From an uncultured bacterium (GTDB lineage Bacteria > Acidobacteriota > HRBIN11 > JAKEFK01): a DNA stretch of 64,000 bases. Under the pieces are notes generated by a model. It had not been told where the DNA came from and searched no databases. It saw only the letters and a program-made list of their open reading frames with translations. The DNA lies in contig CAVZQN010000003.1 in assembly GCA_963777505.1 (NCBI GenBank), positions 160,001 to 224,000 of the forward strand, in the 5' to 3' direction. The position numbers and the translations under genes are program-made. Shown here piece after piece: positions 36,989 through 47,359 of this stretch; position 1 is the stretch's first letter; every line of letters starts with the position of its first letter.

Positions 36989-39420
36989 TGGACCTCCGCA
37001 ACGAAATTAAACAAGCATTTCGTAGTTTGTTCCGAAAGCCGGGTTTCGCATTTCTTGCTGTGTTGATGCTCGGTGTTGGAATCTCCGTGAATGGAACAAT
37101 TTTCAATCTTGCAAATGCAATTCTTTTGCGTCCCTTGCCTGTACATGAACCAGAGACGCTGATGCGTCTATATATGAAGCAAGATGGGCGGTCAGTCCGG
37201 AGGATCTCGTATCCAGATTACAAGGATTTCGATACTGCTTCAGATATTTTTGATGACACACTTGCGACGGTTCTTGTGGCTGTAGGTATTAATTCTGAAG
37301 ATCTCAATCTTCAAACCTTGGGTGAAGCTGTCACACCAAATTATTTTTCAGCTCTTGGAATTCAGGCAGCGCCTGGTCGCAATTTTGGTTCGTCGGAAGA
37401 AATGGTTGGTTCTTCCCGCGCCGCAATTATCAGCCATCGATTATGGAAAAATTCATACGCATCAGATTATCAGATTGTTGGGAAGCAAGTCCGTTTGAAC
37501 GGTGAAGTCTTTACAATAATCGGAGTTGCGCCTGCCTCATTTTTCGGAACATTTGCGGGAACAATCATTGATGTCTGGGTTCCGATAACGCAAGTACAGT
37601 GGGTAGGTCCCAATATTCAAAACGAACGTTCAATGCCCGTAGTTCACATGATAGGACGGTTAACCGAAGGAGTTTCATCCGAAAAAGCGAATGCAGCCGT
37701 TTCATCGATCGCATCGCGCCTCGAACAAACCTATCCAGGTTCCGAATCGAAAAGAACAGGAGCAGAGCTTGTACCTGCGACTTTGCTGCATGGAAGTTTA
37801 AGAAAAGGCGCTTCGATTTTTCTTTCTCTAATGCTTGCGATTTCCGGTCTTGTGTTGTTAACGGCTGTGGCGAATGTAGCAAATCTTGTTTTGATTTCTG
37901 CTGCAGGGAAACGGCGTGAAATTGCAGTAAAATTTGCACTCGGTGCTGGAAGGTTTTCTATCTTTCGTCAATTCTTGATTGAAAATTTAATTCTTACACT
38001 TTTAGCAGGTGTTACTGGCTTTATATTGTCCCTTTGGATTTCCACAATACTTCCATCTTTAAATCCTGTTCCGACTGCCCCCATTGAATTCGATTTAGGT
38101 TTTGATCCACGCGTTTTTGCTTTCTCAATGGGTCTTGCTGTGCTGATGGGTGTTTTGCTCGGTCTGGTGCCGCAGTTGCAAATCAAAACTGCGAATTTGC
38201 TTCCATCTCTGCAGAGCGAACCAGGCAGAGCCACTTCCGGAAAAGAAGCTTCGCGTCTTAGATCGGGATTCGTCATTTCGCAGGTAGCTGCATCGCTGAT
38301 TCTTCTGATCGGGGCTGCACTATTTTTACAAAGCTTGCGGAACGCCCGTTTAATGGATGCTGGTTTCCGTCCGGAACGCGCCATGGCAGTTGATATCGAT
38401 CTAAACACAGCGCGTCTTTCTGACGAAAATGGAAAATTATTTTACAAATCGATAGTAGAAAAAATAAAAGCTCTTCCCAGCGTAGAATCAGTTTCGCTGG
38501 GTGATCTTGCGCCGTTGGATATTGCGACGGCTCGTACAGGAGTTTTAATCGACGGTCAGCAAAGTGCTCCTGGTCAACCGGTTTTCCAACTTTCCAGCAA
38601 CTTCATTAGTGCTGAATATTTCAAAACACTTGGCATTCCTCTGGTCAGTGGGCAGGATTTCGATACTGCTATTGAAAACAGTAGTCGACTTGTAGTGATC
38701 GTCAATGAAACAATGGTCAAAAAGTTTTGGCCTGATCAAAGTCCGATTGGTCAGTCATTTCGATTGGCAGATGGAAATCGGTTATTAACAATTATCGGAG
38801 TCGCGCGCAATGTAAAGTATCGGACGCTTGGAGAAGATCCTGAGCCGCATATATATTTGCCGTTCGCTCAACACTATCAGGATGCGATGAGCATATTTGT
38901 CAGCACTTCCCGTGATCCTGCACGATTGATAGATATCGTTCAGAAAGAAATTCGGAATTTGAATCCTGCTGTTCAGGGATTTTTTGCTCGAACTCTTGAA
39001 CAACATACTTCTTTTACGATGTTGCCTGCGCGTGTTGCTGCTTGGCTTTCTGGAATTTTTGGTTTGATTGCATTCGTGCTTGCTGTACTCGGAATTTATG
39101 GAACTGTCGGATATTCAGTGGCCGTTAGAACACGAGAGATCGGAATTCGTCTTGCATTAGGCGCTCAGCCATCTGAAGTTCTTCGTTGGGTTTTAACAAA
39201 AGGAATGACGCTTGCGATGGTGGGTTTGTTATCCGGTCTTGTTCTTGCGTTTATCGGAACCCGGTTGTTGTCGAAATTCCTTTATGGAATTAGTCCTTCT
39301 GATGCAGTTACCTTTTTGGGTGTGGCTTTAGTTTTAGCTCTTACTGCGATATTAGCTTGCTATTTTCCGGCAAGACGTGCTTTGCATATCGATCCGGCCG
39401 TAGCGTTGAAGTATGAATAA
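36988..39420 (+). CDS. ADOP-type duplicated ABC permease 5
   Basis: 810 aa; TAATG stop/start overlap with permease 4; DPAVALKYE. Confidence 0.93.
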   Translation: MDLRNEIKQAFRSLFRKPGFAFLAVLMLGVGISVNGTIFNLANAILLRPLPVHEPETLMRLYMKQDGRSVRRISYPDYKDFDTASDIFDDTLATVLVAVGINSEDLNLQTLGEAVTPNYFSALGIQAAPGRNFGSSEEMVGSSRAAIISHRLWKNSYASDYQIVGKQVRLNGEVFTIIGVAPASFFGTFAGTIIDVWVPITQVQWVGPNIQNERSMPVVHMIGRLTEGVSSEKANAAVSSIASRLEQTYPGSESKRTGAELVPATLLHGSLRKGASIFLSLMLAISGLVLLTAVANVANLVLISAAGKRREIAVKFALGAGRFSIFRQFLIENLILTLLAGVTGFILSLWISTILPSLNPVPTAPIEFDLGFDPRVFAFSMGLAVLMGVLLGLVPQLQIKTANLLPSLQSEPGRATSGKEASRLRSGFVISQVAASLILLIGAALFLQSLRNARLMDAGFRPERAMAVDIDLNTARLSDENGKLFYKSIVEKIKALPSVESVSLGDLAPLDIATARTGVLIDGQQSAPGQPVFQLSSNFISAEYFKTLGIPLVSGQDFDTAIENSSRLVVIVNETMVKKFWPDQSPIGQSFRLADGNRLLTIIGVARNVKYRTLGEDPEPHIYLPFAQHYQDAMSIFVSTSRDPARLIDIVQKEIRNLNPAVQGFFARTLEQHTSFTMLPARVAAWLSGIFGLIAFVLAVLGIYGTVGYSVAVRTREIGIRLALGAQPSEVLRWVLTKGMTLAMVGLLSGLVLAFIGTRLLSKFLYGISPSDAVTFLGVALVLALTAILACYFPARRALHIDPAVALKYE

Positions 39421-39436
39421 ATAATTTCCGTAGAGG

Positions 39437-40105
39437 ATGCAAAGAATGATTGTTTTAAAAGATATTGAAAAATACTACGAAGCGGGTCCAAGTAGAACGT
39501 ACGTTTTGCGAAGGATCAATCTCGAAATTAAAGATGGAGATTTTCTTACTGTCATGGGTCCATCCGGGGCGGGCAAATCAACCCTCCTTTCTATATTAGG
39601 AATGCTTGATGCGTCATGGAACGGTGAGTATTACTTCCTGGATCATCCCGTTCACAAAATGGGAAGAAAAGAACGGGCCGAACTAAATAAAAAATACATT
39701 GGTTTTGTTTTCCAAAGTTATCACCTTTTGGATAATCTGACAGTCTACGAGAACATAGAATTGCCTTTGACCTATCGAAATTTCAAAAGTTCTGAAAGAT
39801 CGTCTATGGTATGCGACATTCTGGATCGTTTCCGGATTGTGGGTAAGAAAGATTTATTTCCGAGCCAGCTTTCAGGCGGCCAACAGCAGCTTGTCGGCGT
39901 TGCGCGTGCAGTGATTGGAAATCCTAAACTATTGTTAGCAGATGAACCCACCGGTAATTTGCACACATCCCAGGGCAAAGAGATTATGGAATTGTTCAAA
40001 AAACTGAATGACGATGGAACGACAATTGTTCAAGTCACTCATTCAGAAAAAAATGCTGAGTATGGCAACCGTATCATCAATCTGCTCGATGGTTGGATCG
40101 TTTAA
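39437..40105 (+). CDS. Second ABC ATPase (MacB/LolD-like)
   Basis: GPSGAGKS, LSGGQQQL, LADEPTGNLH. Confidence 0.94.
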   Translation: MQRMIVLKDIEKYYEAGPSRTYVLRRINLEIKDGDFLTVMGPSGAGKSTLLSILGMLDASWNGEYYFLDHPVHKMGRKERAELNKKYIGFVFQSYHLLDNLTVYENIELPLTYRNFKSSERSSMVCDILDRFRIVGKKDLFPSQLSGGQQQLVGVARAVIGNPKLLLADEPTGNLHTSQGKEIMELFKKLNDDGTTIVQVTHSEKNAEYGNRIINLLDGWIV

Positions 40106-40129
40106 CCCTGGCCTTTTCCTTGGAGGGAA

Positions 40130-40516
40130 ATGATGAAATTGTGGGGTAAGTATTTGCTTGGAGTCGCTTTGACATTTCTGTGCGTCGTAACCTTTGCAGC
40201 TCCAGCAAGTATTCCGAAAGGAGCTTACACCGTCAAAACATCTGAAGGCGTTTGGGAACTTAATCTTGATGGTAAGGGCAAATACGTTGTAAATCTAAAC
40301 GGAACGGAAAAAGTTGTAGGCGCTTATGAAGCAACTAAAGACGAAATAAAATTCGTTGACCAAAGCGGACCCTTCGCGGAAAAAAGCGACGCTACAAAGT
40401 CAGGAACATATAAATGGAAATATGCTGACAAAAAATTAGAGTTCACAATAATCAACGACAAAGCGGAAGGACGCTCACAAACTCTAACGAGCGGACCGTG
40501 GGAGATGAAGGAATAG
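40130..40516 (+). CDS. Small exported beta-rich hypothetical protein
   Basis: Signal peptide, 128 aa, GGAGG RBS. Confidence 0.75.
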   Translation: MMKLWGKYLLGVALTFLCVVTFAAPASIPKGAYTVKTSEGVWELNLDGKGKYVVNLNGTEKVVGAYEATKDEIKFVDQSGPFAEKSDATKSGTYKWKYADKKLEFTIINDKAEGRSQTLTSGPWEMKE

Positions 40517-40534
40517 AAATATTCTTTGAATCAT

Positions 40535-41890
40535 ATGGGAAAAGTTTCAAGAATCTTAATTGCTGATGATCAGCCTGATGTGCGTGAAGCATTGCGGCTT
40601 CTTTTGAAAGGCGAAAAGTATGAAACAGAGGAAGCGCAATCTCCTTCAGCCGTTATCAAAGCAATGGAAGATTCAGAATTCGATGTTGTTTTGATTGACC
40701 TTAACTACAATCGTGACACAACGTCCGGACAGGAAGGTCTCGATCTGATTACACGCATTCAAGCGATCGATCCGACAATCCCGGTTGTAGTTATGACTGC
40801 GTGGGGAACGGTTGGTCTCGCGGTCGATGCGATGAGACGCGGTGCGCGTGATTTCATTCAGAAACCATGGGACAACCCGCGCTTGTTAACAATCATCCGC
40901 ACGCAAATTGAGTTGCGACAGGCTTTACGCCAGGGAAAACGTCTGGAAGCAGAAAATCGATTGTTGCGAGAAGACGTACCAAACATCATTGCTGAATCAT
41001 CCGCAATGAAAGCCGTCATTCAAATGATCAGCCGTATCGGACCTTCCGATGCAAATGTACTGATCACTGGTGAAAATGGATCAGGCAAAAGCATTGTCGC
41101 ACTTTCGCTTCATTCACTTTCCCCTCGCGCATCAAAGCCGATGGTAACCGTCAATGCTGGTGGATTGTCCGAAGGCGTTTTTGAAAGTGAACTTTTTGGG
41201 CATGTGAAAGGAGCGTTTACAGATGCAAAGTCAGATCGTGTCGGCCGTTTTGAGCTTGCAGATGGCGGAACATTGTTCCTGGACGAAATTGCAAACGTTC
41301 CACCCGGACAACAATCGCGATTACTTCGCGTATTAGAAACCGGTGAGTTCGAACCGGTCGGTTCATCTCGCACTCGAAAAGTCGATGTGAGAATTATCTC
41401 TGCTACCAATGCAGACTTAATTACGGAAGTTGAAGCCGGACGCTTCCGGCAAGATCTGTTATTTAGATTAAATACTATTGAAATCAGAATTCCTTCTTTA
41501 CGCGATCGAGCTGAAGACGTTCCAGCGCTCGCTCAACATTTTTTACGGCAGCATGCGCAACGGTATCGAAAAGATATTCGCAGCTTTGATCCTTCCGCAA
41601 TGATGTTGTTAAGACGCCATCCATGGCCAGGAAATATTCGCGAATTGGATCATTCGGTGGAACGCGCAGTTTTGATGGCTCAGGAATCAGTTTTACGTCC
41701 TGAGGATCTTGGTTTGCGGGCCGTTAAAGAAGGGAATTCCCGCCTGGAAGAAATGAGTCTCGAAGAAGTCGAGGCTTTTCTGATTCGAAAAGCTTTAGAA
41801 CGGTATGACGGTAACGTAAGCCGTGCTGCCAAAGCACTTGGATTGAGCCGCAGTGCACTGTATCGTAGACTGCAGCGGCACAATCTATGA
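40535..41890 (+). CDS. sigma54-dependent response regulator (NtrC/AtoC family)
   Basis: REC domain, GENGSGKS, GAFTDA, LFLDEI, WPGNIREL, Fis-type HTH. Confidence 0.95.
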   Translation: MGKVSRILIADDQPDVREALRLLLKGEKYETEEAQSPSAVIKAMEDSEFDVVLIDLNYNRDTTSGQEGLDLITRIQAIDPTIPVVVMTAWGTVGLAVDAMRRGARDFIQKPWDNPRLLTIIRTQIELRQALRQGKRLEAENRLLREDVPNIIAESSAMKAVIQMISRIGPSDANVLITGENGSGKSIVALSLHSLSPRASKPMVTVNAGGLSEGVFESELFGHVKGAFTDAKSDRVGRFELADGGTLFLDEIANVPPGQQSRLLRVLETGEFEPVGSSRTRKVDVRIISATNADLITEVEAGRFRQDLLFRLNTIEIRIPSLRDRAEDVPALAQHFLRQHAQRYRKDIRSFDPSAMMLLRRHPWPGNIRELDHSVERAVLMAQESVLRPEDLGLRAVKEGNSRLEEMSLEEVEAFLIRKALERYDGNVSRAAKALGLSRSALYRRLQRHNL

Positions 41891-43206
41891 ACAAAAAAGA
41901 ACTTGGACACGAAAGCCGGGTTCTCTTATACGCACTGCTAGCAGGCCTTCCAGGCTCTCTAGTCGCCCTCTATTACCTTTGGACGCAACCACATCCCGCT
42001 CGCGTTCAATGGACTCTTACACTCTTCATTACTCTGTTCTGGTTTGGTTTTGCTATTGCTCTTCGCGGTCGAATCGCTTATCCGTTGCAAACAATTTCAA
42101 ACCTTCTTGCGGCATTGCGCGAAGGTGACTATTCCATTCGCATGAAAAGGCCGAACGTTCATGATTCCCTTTACGATGTAATTCTGGAAGTCAATGAACT
42201 TGGTGAAACTCTTCGCGAACAACGCTTAGGAGCGCTTGAAGCAACCGCACTCTTGAGTACAGTCATGGGTCAGATTGAAGTCGTAATTTTTGCGTTCGAT
42301 CATAAGCAAGTTTTGAGACTTGTGAATCGCGCTGGTGAACGATTATTGGCACAGCCGGCAGAACGTCTGATTGGACGCACCGCTGAAGAACTTAATCTCG
42401 CAATATGTCTCGAAGGTAAAGCGCCACGAACACTCGAAATAATTTTTCCAGGCGGTGTTGGAAGATGGGAGATGCATCGCAGTACGTTCAGACAAGGTGG
42501 TCTGCCGCACGAACTGATCGTGCTTTCTGATCTGAGCCGCGCATTGCGTGAAGAAGAACGCCAGGCATGGCAAAGAATTATTCGGGTTCTTGGACATGAA
42601 TTGAATAATTCTCTGACTCCGATTAAATCGATTGCAGGAAGTCTGGAAAATATTCTGAGCAGTGATTCGCTTCCGCAAGATTGGAAAGATGATACAACAC
42701 GAGGTTTATCAGTCATTGCATCTCGCGCGGAAGCACTGAGTAATTTCATGCAATCATATGCAAATCTTGCAAGACTTCCGCAGCCGAAATTACAACCGAT
42801 GAATGCAGGGGATTGGATCCGTCACGTTGCCCGGCTTGAAACAAGAATGCCAGTTGAAGTCGAAGAAGGCCCATCTGTAACAATTCAAGGAGACCGCGAT
42901 CAACTGGAACAATTGCTCATTAACTTAGTCCGAAATGCAGTTGAAGCTTCTTCAGAAACCCGAGGAAGAGTTCGTGTTGGTTGGACACGATCCGCATCGC
43001 AATTGGAAGTGTTTGTGGATGATGAAGGACCTGGCATTGCAAATCCTGCAAATCTTTTTGTTCCATTTTTTACGACAAAGCCCGGTGGCTCTGGAATTGG
43101 TTTAGTGCTTTGCCGCCAGATTGCAGAAGCTCATGGCGGAAGGCTCGCGTTAGAAAATAGAACACCATTGCCCGGTGCTCGCGCTCGGCTCTTTCTGCCT
43201 TTGTGA
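41887..43206 (+). CDS. Sensor histidine kinase (2 TM, PAS-like, HATPase)
   Basis: HELNNSLTP, NLVRNA, DDEGPGI, FFTTKPGGSGIGL; ATGA overlap with the regulator. Confidence 0.93.
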   Translation: MNKKELGHESRVLLYALLAGLPGSLVALYYLWTQPHPARVQWTLTLFITLFWFGFAIALRGRIAYPLQTISNLLAALREGDYSIRMKRPNVHDSLYDVILEVNELGETLREQRLGALEATALLSTVMGQIEVVIFAFDHKQVLRLVNRAGERLLAQPAERLIGRTAEELNLAICLEGKAPRTLEIIFPGGVGRWEMHRSTFRQGGLPHELIVLSDLSRALREEERQAWQRIIRVLGHELNNSLTPIKSIAGSLENILSSDSLPQDWKDDTTRGLSVIASRAEALSNFMQSYANLARLPQPKLQPMNAGDWIRHVARLETRMPVEVEEGPSVTIQGDRDQLEQLLINLVRNAVEASSETRGRVRVGWTRSASQLEVFVDDEGPGIANPANLFVPFFTTKPGGSGIGLVLCRQIAEAHGGRLALENRTPLPGARARLFLPL

Positions 43207-43215
43207 CGGAACTCC

Positions 43216-43369
43216 TTTAACGCAGAGTACGCCGAGTTTTAATGAAATAAGAACTCACCACAAAGTCCCAGAGCTTCACAAAGTTCGTTGTGAAAACTTG
43301 GTGACTTAGTGTCTTTGTGGTTAATCTTCTGCTTGTTGATCGAAACTGCTCGGTGAACTCGGCGTTAAA
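43216..43369. repeat. Two nested periodic inverted-repeat elements
   Basis: Outer tttaacgcagagtacgccgag...ctcggtgaactcggcgttaaa; inner caccacaaagtcccagagcttcacaaag...cttggtgacttagtgtctttgtggtt. Confidence 0.8.
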
Positions 43370-43378
43370 AAAGGCCTT

Positions 43379-46300
43379 TTAGTAGTCGCCCTGGAGGACG
43401 AAGCCGGCCCAGTAATAGGGTGACTTCCAGCGTGGATCATTCATCATTTTTATTTGAGCGCTTCGCAAAGCTTCAGGCGGCGACAATTGTGCTTTACCCA
43501 ACATCCCTTCGTAAAAAATTTGCATGAATTCGGCGGTCGCAACATCATCGACTTTCCAAAGACTTGCAACCACCCGCGCCGCGCCGGCATATAAAAATGC
43601 ACGCGCTAATCCAAGAATTCCTTCACCGCGAACTTGTTTCCCTAATGCTGTTCTGCAAGCACTTAATACAACCAGGTCTGCGCGAAGTTTCAGGTTAAAA
43701 ATATCGCCTGCCGAAACAAAGCCTTCCAGTGTTTCACCTTCTTCATTAAAGAGCGAAAGCACAATTCCTGATTGCTCAGGTAAGACTGTATTTAGAAAGC
43801 CATGTGTCGCCAAATGAATGTATTTGTAATTTTGTATTTCTGGATTCAGCATCATCTCCCGATTTGCTCGAAAATCAAGAGCTTCAAGACTTTCACCTGC
43901 AGGTACCAGCGATAAAATTGCGGTTGCTTCACGGCGCGTAAAGGGCAATCGTGTTAATGGCACTCCTTCCATCTTTAGCGATGCACGAGATAAGCCATTG
44001 TTTGTTTGCGTTGTAAATTCTTTTAAGCGTTCATCTTCACGTTCGAAGACTGGATCGGCAAAAATCGCGAGAGTTTTTGGCGGCTCTTCTCTTCGTATCA
44101 CTTCTTTTCGAAGTACTGCAAGAGTTGACGCGGAAGGCGTATTGATTACTTCATGTTCAGCACTCAAAAACAAATGTGATTCTGGATGAGGAAGCGCCGC
44201 AAAAGGAACAAACTGTAACGGCCCATCAGCCACAATGACAAGCCTGCGGTAGTTAAGCTTATCGGCAACCGGACCTAACAAAATTACGCTCAATTCGTAA
44301 GCGATGTTTTCGGCAGTTTTTTTATTTCCTGAGACGCGCATCGCGCGAGTTTGCTGAAATTCTGAAGATCCTTCAGATAACTTTTCGTATAAAGAGAATG
44401 CCAATTCTTCGATTGTTGCGCGTGGAGGCAACTCAGCACTTTTCATGCTGTTACGGGAAACTGCCCAAACAAAACTCCGTTCATCACCAAGCGAAAATTC
44501 TAACAATAGCGTTTGATCATCCAGAACACCTTCCTGGACACGCTTCAACGTCAGCGGAACAGGTTTCATAATTTCCGCATAATGCGGACTCGTTCTCCGG
44601 ATTCGTGCTTCAAGCTGTTCGTATTGTCTGTTGAGAGTTTCAATTTCCTCTCCCAGCTGGGCTGCTTCTTCGGGCCAATCACCGGAACTTAACAATCTCA
44701 TTTGACGATCTAAATGAGCATTTAAATCCTGTCGTACCATTCTCTCTTCAAGCAGCAATCCAGGCTCAACTCCACGCGTCAGATCCAACGAGGATTCCGC
44801 AAGAAGCTCCATCAAACCACGAGCTCTGGAGCGTTCGCTTACATGAAAAGCGCGTTGATCATATCCAACTGATGGTTCCGTTTGATGTAGTTCAAACAGG
44901 ATTGTTTGATAGAGCTCATAATATTTCCGCGCTGCACCAAAAAATGATGCGCGCAAATTCTGGCTCAAAACGCGAACACGCAAAGATTCAACAATTGTTA
45001 TGCATGAATCAATGTAATCAAGCGCCGAAACTTGTTGGCCTTGTGTCCGTTTTAATTGCGCTATATGAAATAGAGTCTCCGCTTCACCGGGCCGATCGCC
45101 AATCTGTCTTCGCAGTTGAAGCGCAAGTCCATACATTCGCGCTGCTTTTTGCAGCTCTCCATAACTCAAAAGATTTGTGCCCAGACTATCAAGAGATTCG
45201 GCTTCTGCCTGCCGGTCTTCAATTTTGCGGCACAGCTCAAGCGCTTCGTTATAATGATCAAACGCATTTTCGAAATGTTTCTGCTTCTGATAAACATTCC
45301 CCAGGTTGTTCAAAATATGCGCTTCTCCAGATTTCATTCCTTTGTTACGCACAATTTCAAGCGCTTGAAGATAATATTGCAGGGCCTGATTCAGGCTTCC
45401 GTTGTCTTCATACGATTTTCCAAGATTGTTAAGCGTAGCCGCTTCTCCGCCTTTATCTTTTGCTTCTCTTCGCAGCTGAAGTGAATGGATGTAGTAATCG
45501 AGAGCTTTATCAATATCGCCGAGTTCATGGTAAACAAGCCCAAGATTATTCAAGACTGTGCCTTCGCCTCGCCGGTCTCCTGAATCCCTTCGTATTTCTT
45601 CTGCACGCTTCAGGTAGTCAAGTGCTTTTTGCAAATCTCCCAGATCAACAAGAAGCATTGCAATGTTGTTGAGGGTTACAGCTTCCGAACGTGAATCAGC
45701 AGCCATCCGCTGCAATGGAAGCGCTTCGCTGTAATAGGAGATCGCTTTTTGATTTTCGCTGAGCGAACTGTATGCAAGACCAATTGTGCTTAACGTATTT
45801 CCCAGAGCTTTCCAATCCGCAGTTTCTTCCCATAACGGCACGCTGCGATCGTAATATTCCAGAGCTTTAGTCAGATCTCCGGTTCGATAGTAATAAACAC
45901 CAATGTTGTGAATCGATTCTGCCTCTCCGCGAACATCACCAATTTCTTGTCTCAGTTTTAAAGACTGCTGATAAAGTTCAAGGGCTTTCTTGTATTCACC
46001 GATGAACTCGTAGCCTATACCCATGGTATTTAAAGCTTCAGCAATGCCTTTCGAGTCATTTAACGATTGAAAAATCTGCAACGCTTGCGACGCATAAGAA
46101 ATGCTTTCTGATGACTTGCTCAAATAGTGGTAAGTTTCCGCAAGTTTCCAAAGACTTTTTCCTTCCAGATATAAATCACCACTTGTCTGACTGAGTTGAG
46201 CGGAGTTTGTTAATTTTATGATCGATTCGTGTAATTGATTTTCGGTGGGTTCGAGAAGCATAACTCCGGCTGAAGTCAGTTGTGCAAGCGCAGCTCCACG

Positions 46301-46741
46301 GAGAATATCGTTGGCCTCAGCAGGGCGTTGAGCTTCTAGAGTAATTACATAGGAACAATGATCTTGAATTTTTAAAGCAACGATCTGAGGATCAAATATT
46401 TTTGAAGCAGAAAGTTCGACTTGAATTGAATACTCTCCGGCACTTGAGCTCACAAATAAGATGCGTTCCATTCCAGCAGTACCTTCTGAGAGATTCAGTT
46501 CCATCAGTTGAATTTTTTCTGGAGAAAACAACGAAACGGTTACATCCAGACGTGACTCTGAAAAGGCGATGGATACAAAATCCTTTTCATTCATGTTGAA
46601 GGAATAAGTATGTGTTTCTCCAATTGTGATTTGCTGTTCGCGTCCTAAGGCTTCGTGCAAAGTTGTTGCGTACAAAGCTTGAGGAAGTTGAACGATTGAT
46701 AGGCTAATTACGCATAGAAACAGGAGGCTTTTCAAAAGCAT
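43379..46741 (-). CDS. Exported TPR + CHAT (caspase-like peptidase) protein
   Basis: Signal peptide, ~10 40-aa TPR repeats (GEA.TLNNLG), CHAT dyad HLATHG / LSACRT, SPYYWAGF. Confidence 0.92.
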   Translation of the reverse strand: MLLKSLLFLCVISLSIVQLPQALYATTLHEALGREQQITIGETHTYSFNMNEKDFVSIAFSESRLDVTVSLFSPEKIQLMELNLSEGTAGMERILFVSSSAGEYSIQVELSASKIFDPQIVALKIQDHCSYVITLEAQRPAEANDILRGAALAQLTSAGVMLLEPTENQLHESIIKLTNSAQLSQTSGDLYLEGKSLWKLAETYHYLSKSSESISYASQALQIFQSLNDSKGIAEALNTMGIGYEFIGEYKKALELYQQSLKLRQEIGDVRGEAESIHNIGVYYYRTGDLTKALEYYDRSVPLWEETADWKALGNTLSTIGLAYSSLSENQKAISYYSEALPLQRMAADSRSEAVTLNNIAMLLVDLGDLQKALDYLKRAEEIRRDSGDRRGEGTVLNNLGLVYHELGDIDKALDYYIHSLQLRREAKDKGGEAATLNNLGKSYEDNGSLNQALQYYLQALEIVRNKGMKSGEAHILNNLGNVYQKQKHFENAFDHYNEALELCRKIEDRQAEAESLDSLGTNLLSYGELQKAARMYGLALQLRRQIGDRPGEAETLFHIAQLKRTQGQQVSALDYIDSCITIVESLRVRVLSQNLRASFFGAARKYYELYQTILFELHQTEPSVGYDQRAFHVSERSRARGLMELLAESSLDLTRGVEPGLLLEERMVRQDLNAHLDRQMRLLSSGDWPEEAAQLGEEIETLNRQYEQLEARIRRTSPHYAEIMKPVPLTLKRVQEGVLDDQTLLLEFSLGDERSFVWAVSRNSMKSAELPPRATIEELAFSLYEKLSEGSSEFQQTRAMRVSGNKKTAENIAYELSVILLGPVADKLNYRRLVIVADGPLQFVPFAALPHPESHLFLSAEHEVINTPSASTLAVLRKEVIRREEPPKTLAIFADPVFEREDERLKEFTTQTNNGLSRASLKMEGVPLTRLPFTRREATAILSLVPAGESLEALDFRANREMMLNPEIQNYKYIHLATHGFLNTVLPEQSGIVLSLFNEEGETLEGFVSAGDIFNLKLRADLVVLSACRTALGKQVRGEGILGLARAFLYAGAARVVASLWKVDDVATAEFMQIFYEGMLGKAQLSPPEALRSAQIKMMNDPRWKSPYYWAGFVLQGDY

Positions 46742-46831
46742 GCTAATACATATGTAGCGGACTGTGGCTCAACTTGCAAACAGGTATCTGAAATGTTTTT
46801 AGGTTTGTTCTCACCTAGATTGTGGTGAGAC

Positions 46832-47218
46832 GTGATCAAACGTATTGCGGATCAATTACGAAGACCCAACCGGATTGCGATTAAAACTGGACGTAGCATC
46901 CTATTTTTATCGCCGGAAGAGATCCATTGGATCGAGGCAAGTAAAACAAAAACCCTGTTTCATACAAAAGGTGGACGTTACCTGGTACATGAAGGGATTA
47001 GCAAGCTACAAGAAGATCTCGATCCCGAAAAGTTCGTAAGAATCAGCCGATCAACCATTGTAAATATTGACCAGATTCGAGAGCTTCAACCCTGGTTCCG
47101 TGGTGATAGTAGAGTCATTCTTCATGATGGCACCATCCTGATGTGGAGCCGTTTGTATGTCTCCCGCCTTCGAGAAATCTTAAATCAATCGTATTCCGGT
47201 CAGGAAGCAATGCGATAA
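46832..47218 (+). CDS. Stand-alone LytTR DNA-binding domain protein
   Basis: EIHWIEA, LDPEKFVRISRSTIVNI; no receiver domain. Confidence 0.85.
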   Translation: MIKRIADQLRRPNRIAIKTGRSILFLSPEEIHWIEASKTKTLFHTKGGRYLVHEGISKLQEDLDPEKFVRISRSTIVNIDQIRELQPWFRGDSRVILHDGTILMWSRLYVSRLREILNQSYSGQEAMR

Positions 47219-47284
47219 CTGCGCGCAGAATTTTCCTTCAACATTTCTTTCTCATGGCCCCTTCAGAAAAGAGAAGGGCGAAGT

Positions 47285-47314
47285 GTGGTCCGCCGGTTGG
47301 CGGACCACTTTTTT
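47285..47314 (+). terminator. Intrinsic terminator-like (or GTGG REP) hairpin
   Basis: GTGGTCCGCC GGTT GGCGGACCAC followed by a T-run. Confidence 0.7.
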
Positions 47315-47359
47315 CATAATCACAAAGACGGATACCCACAAGCCGCCACTAAAAAGATT

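Noticed and set aside
43379-46741. TPR-CHAT as a Craspase- or gasdermin-type defence system
   Set aside because: No Cas7-11, gasdermin or other effector gene is nearby, and the protein has a signal peptide.
46765-46778. TGGCTCAACTTGCA as a sigma54 promoter
   Set aside because: GG-GC spacing is 8, not the required 10.
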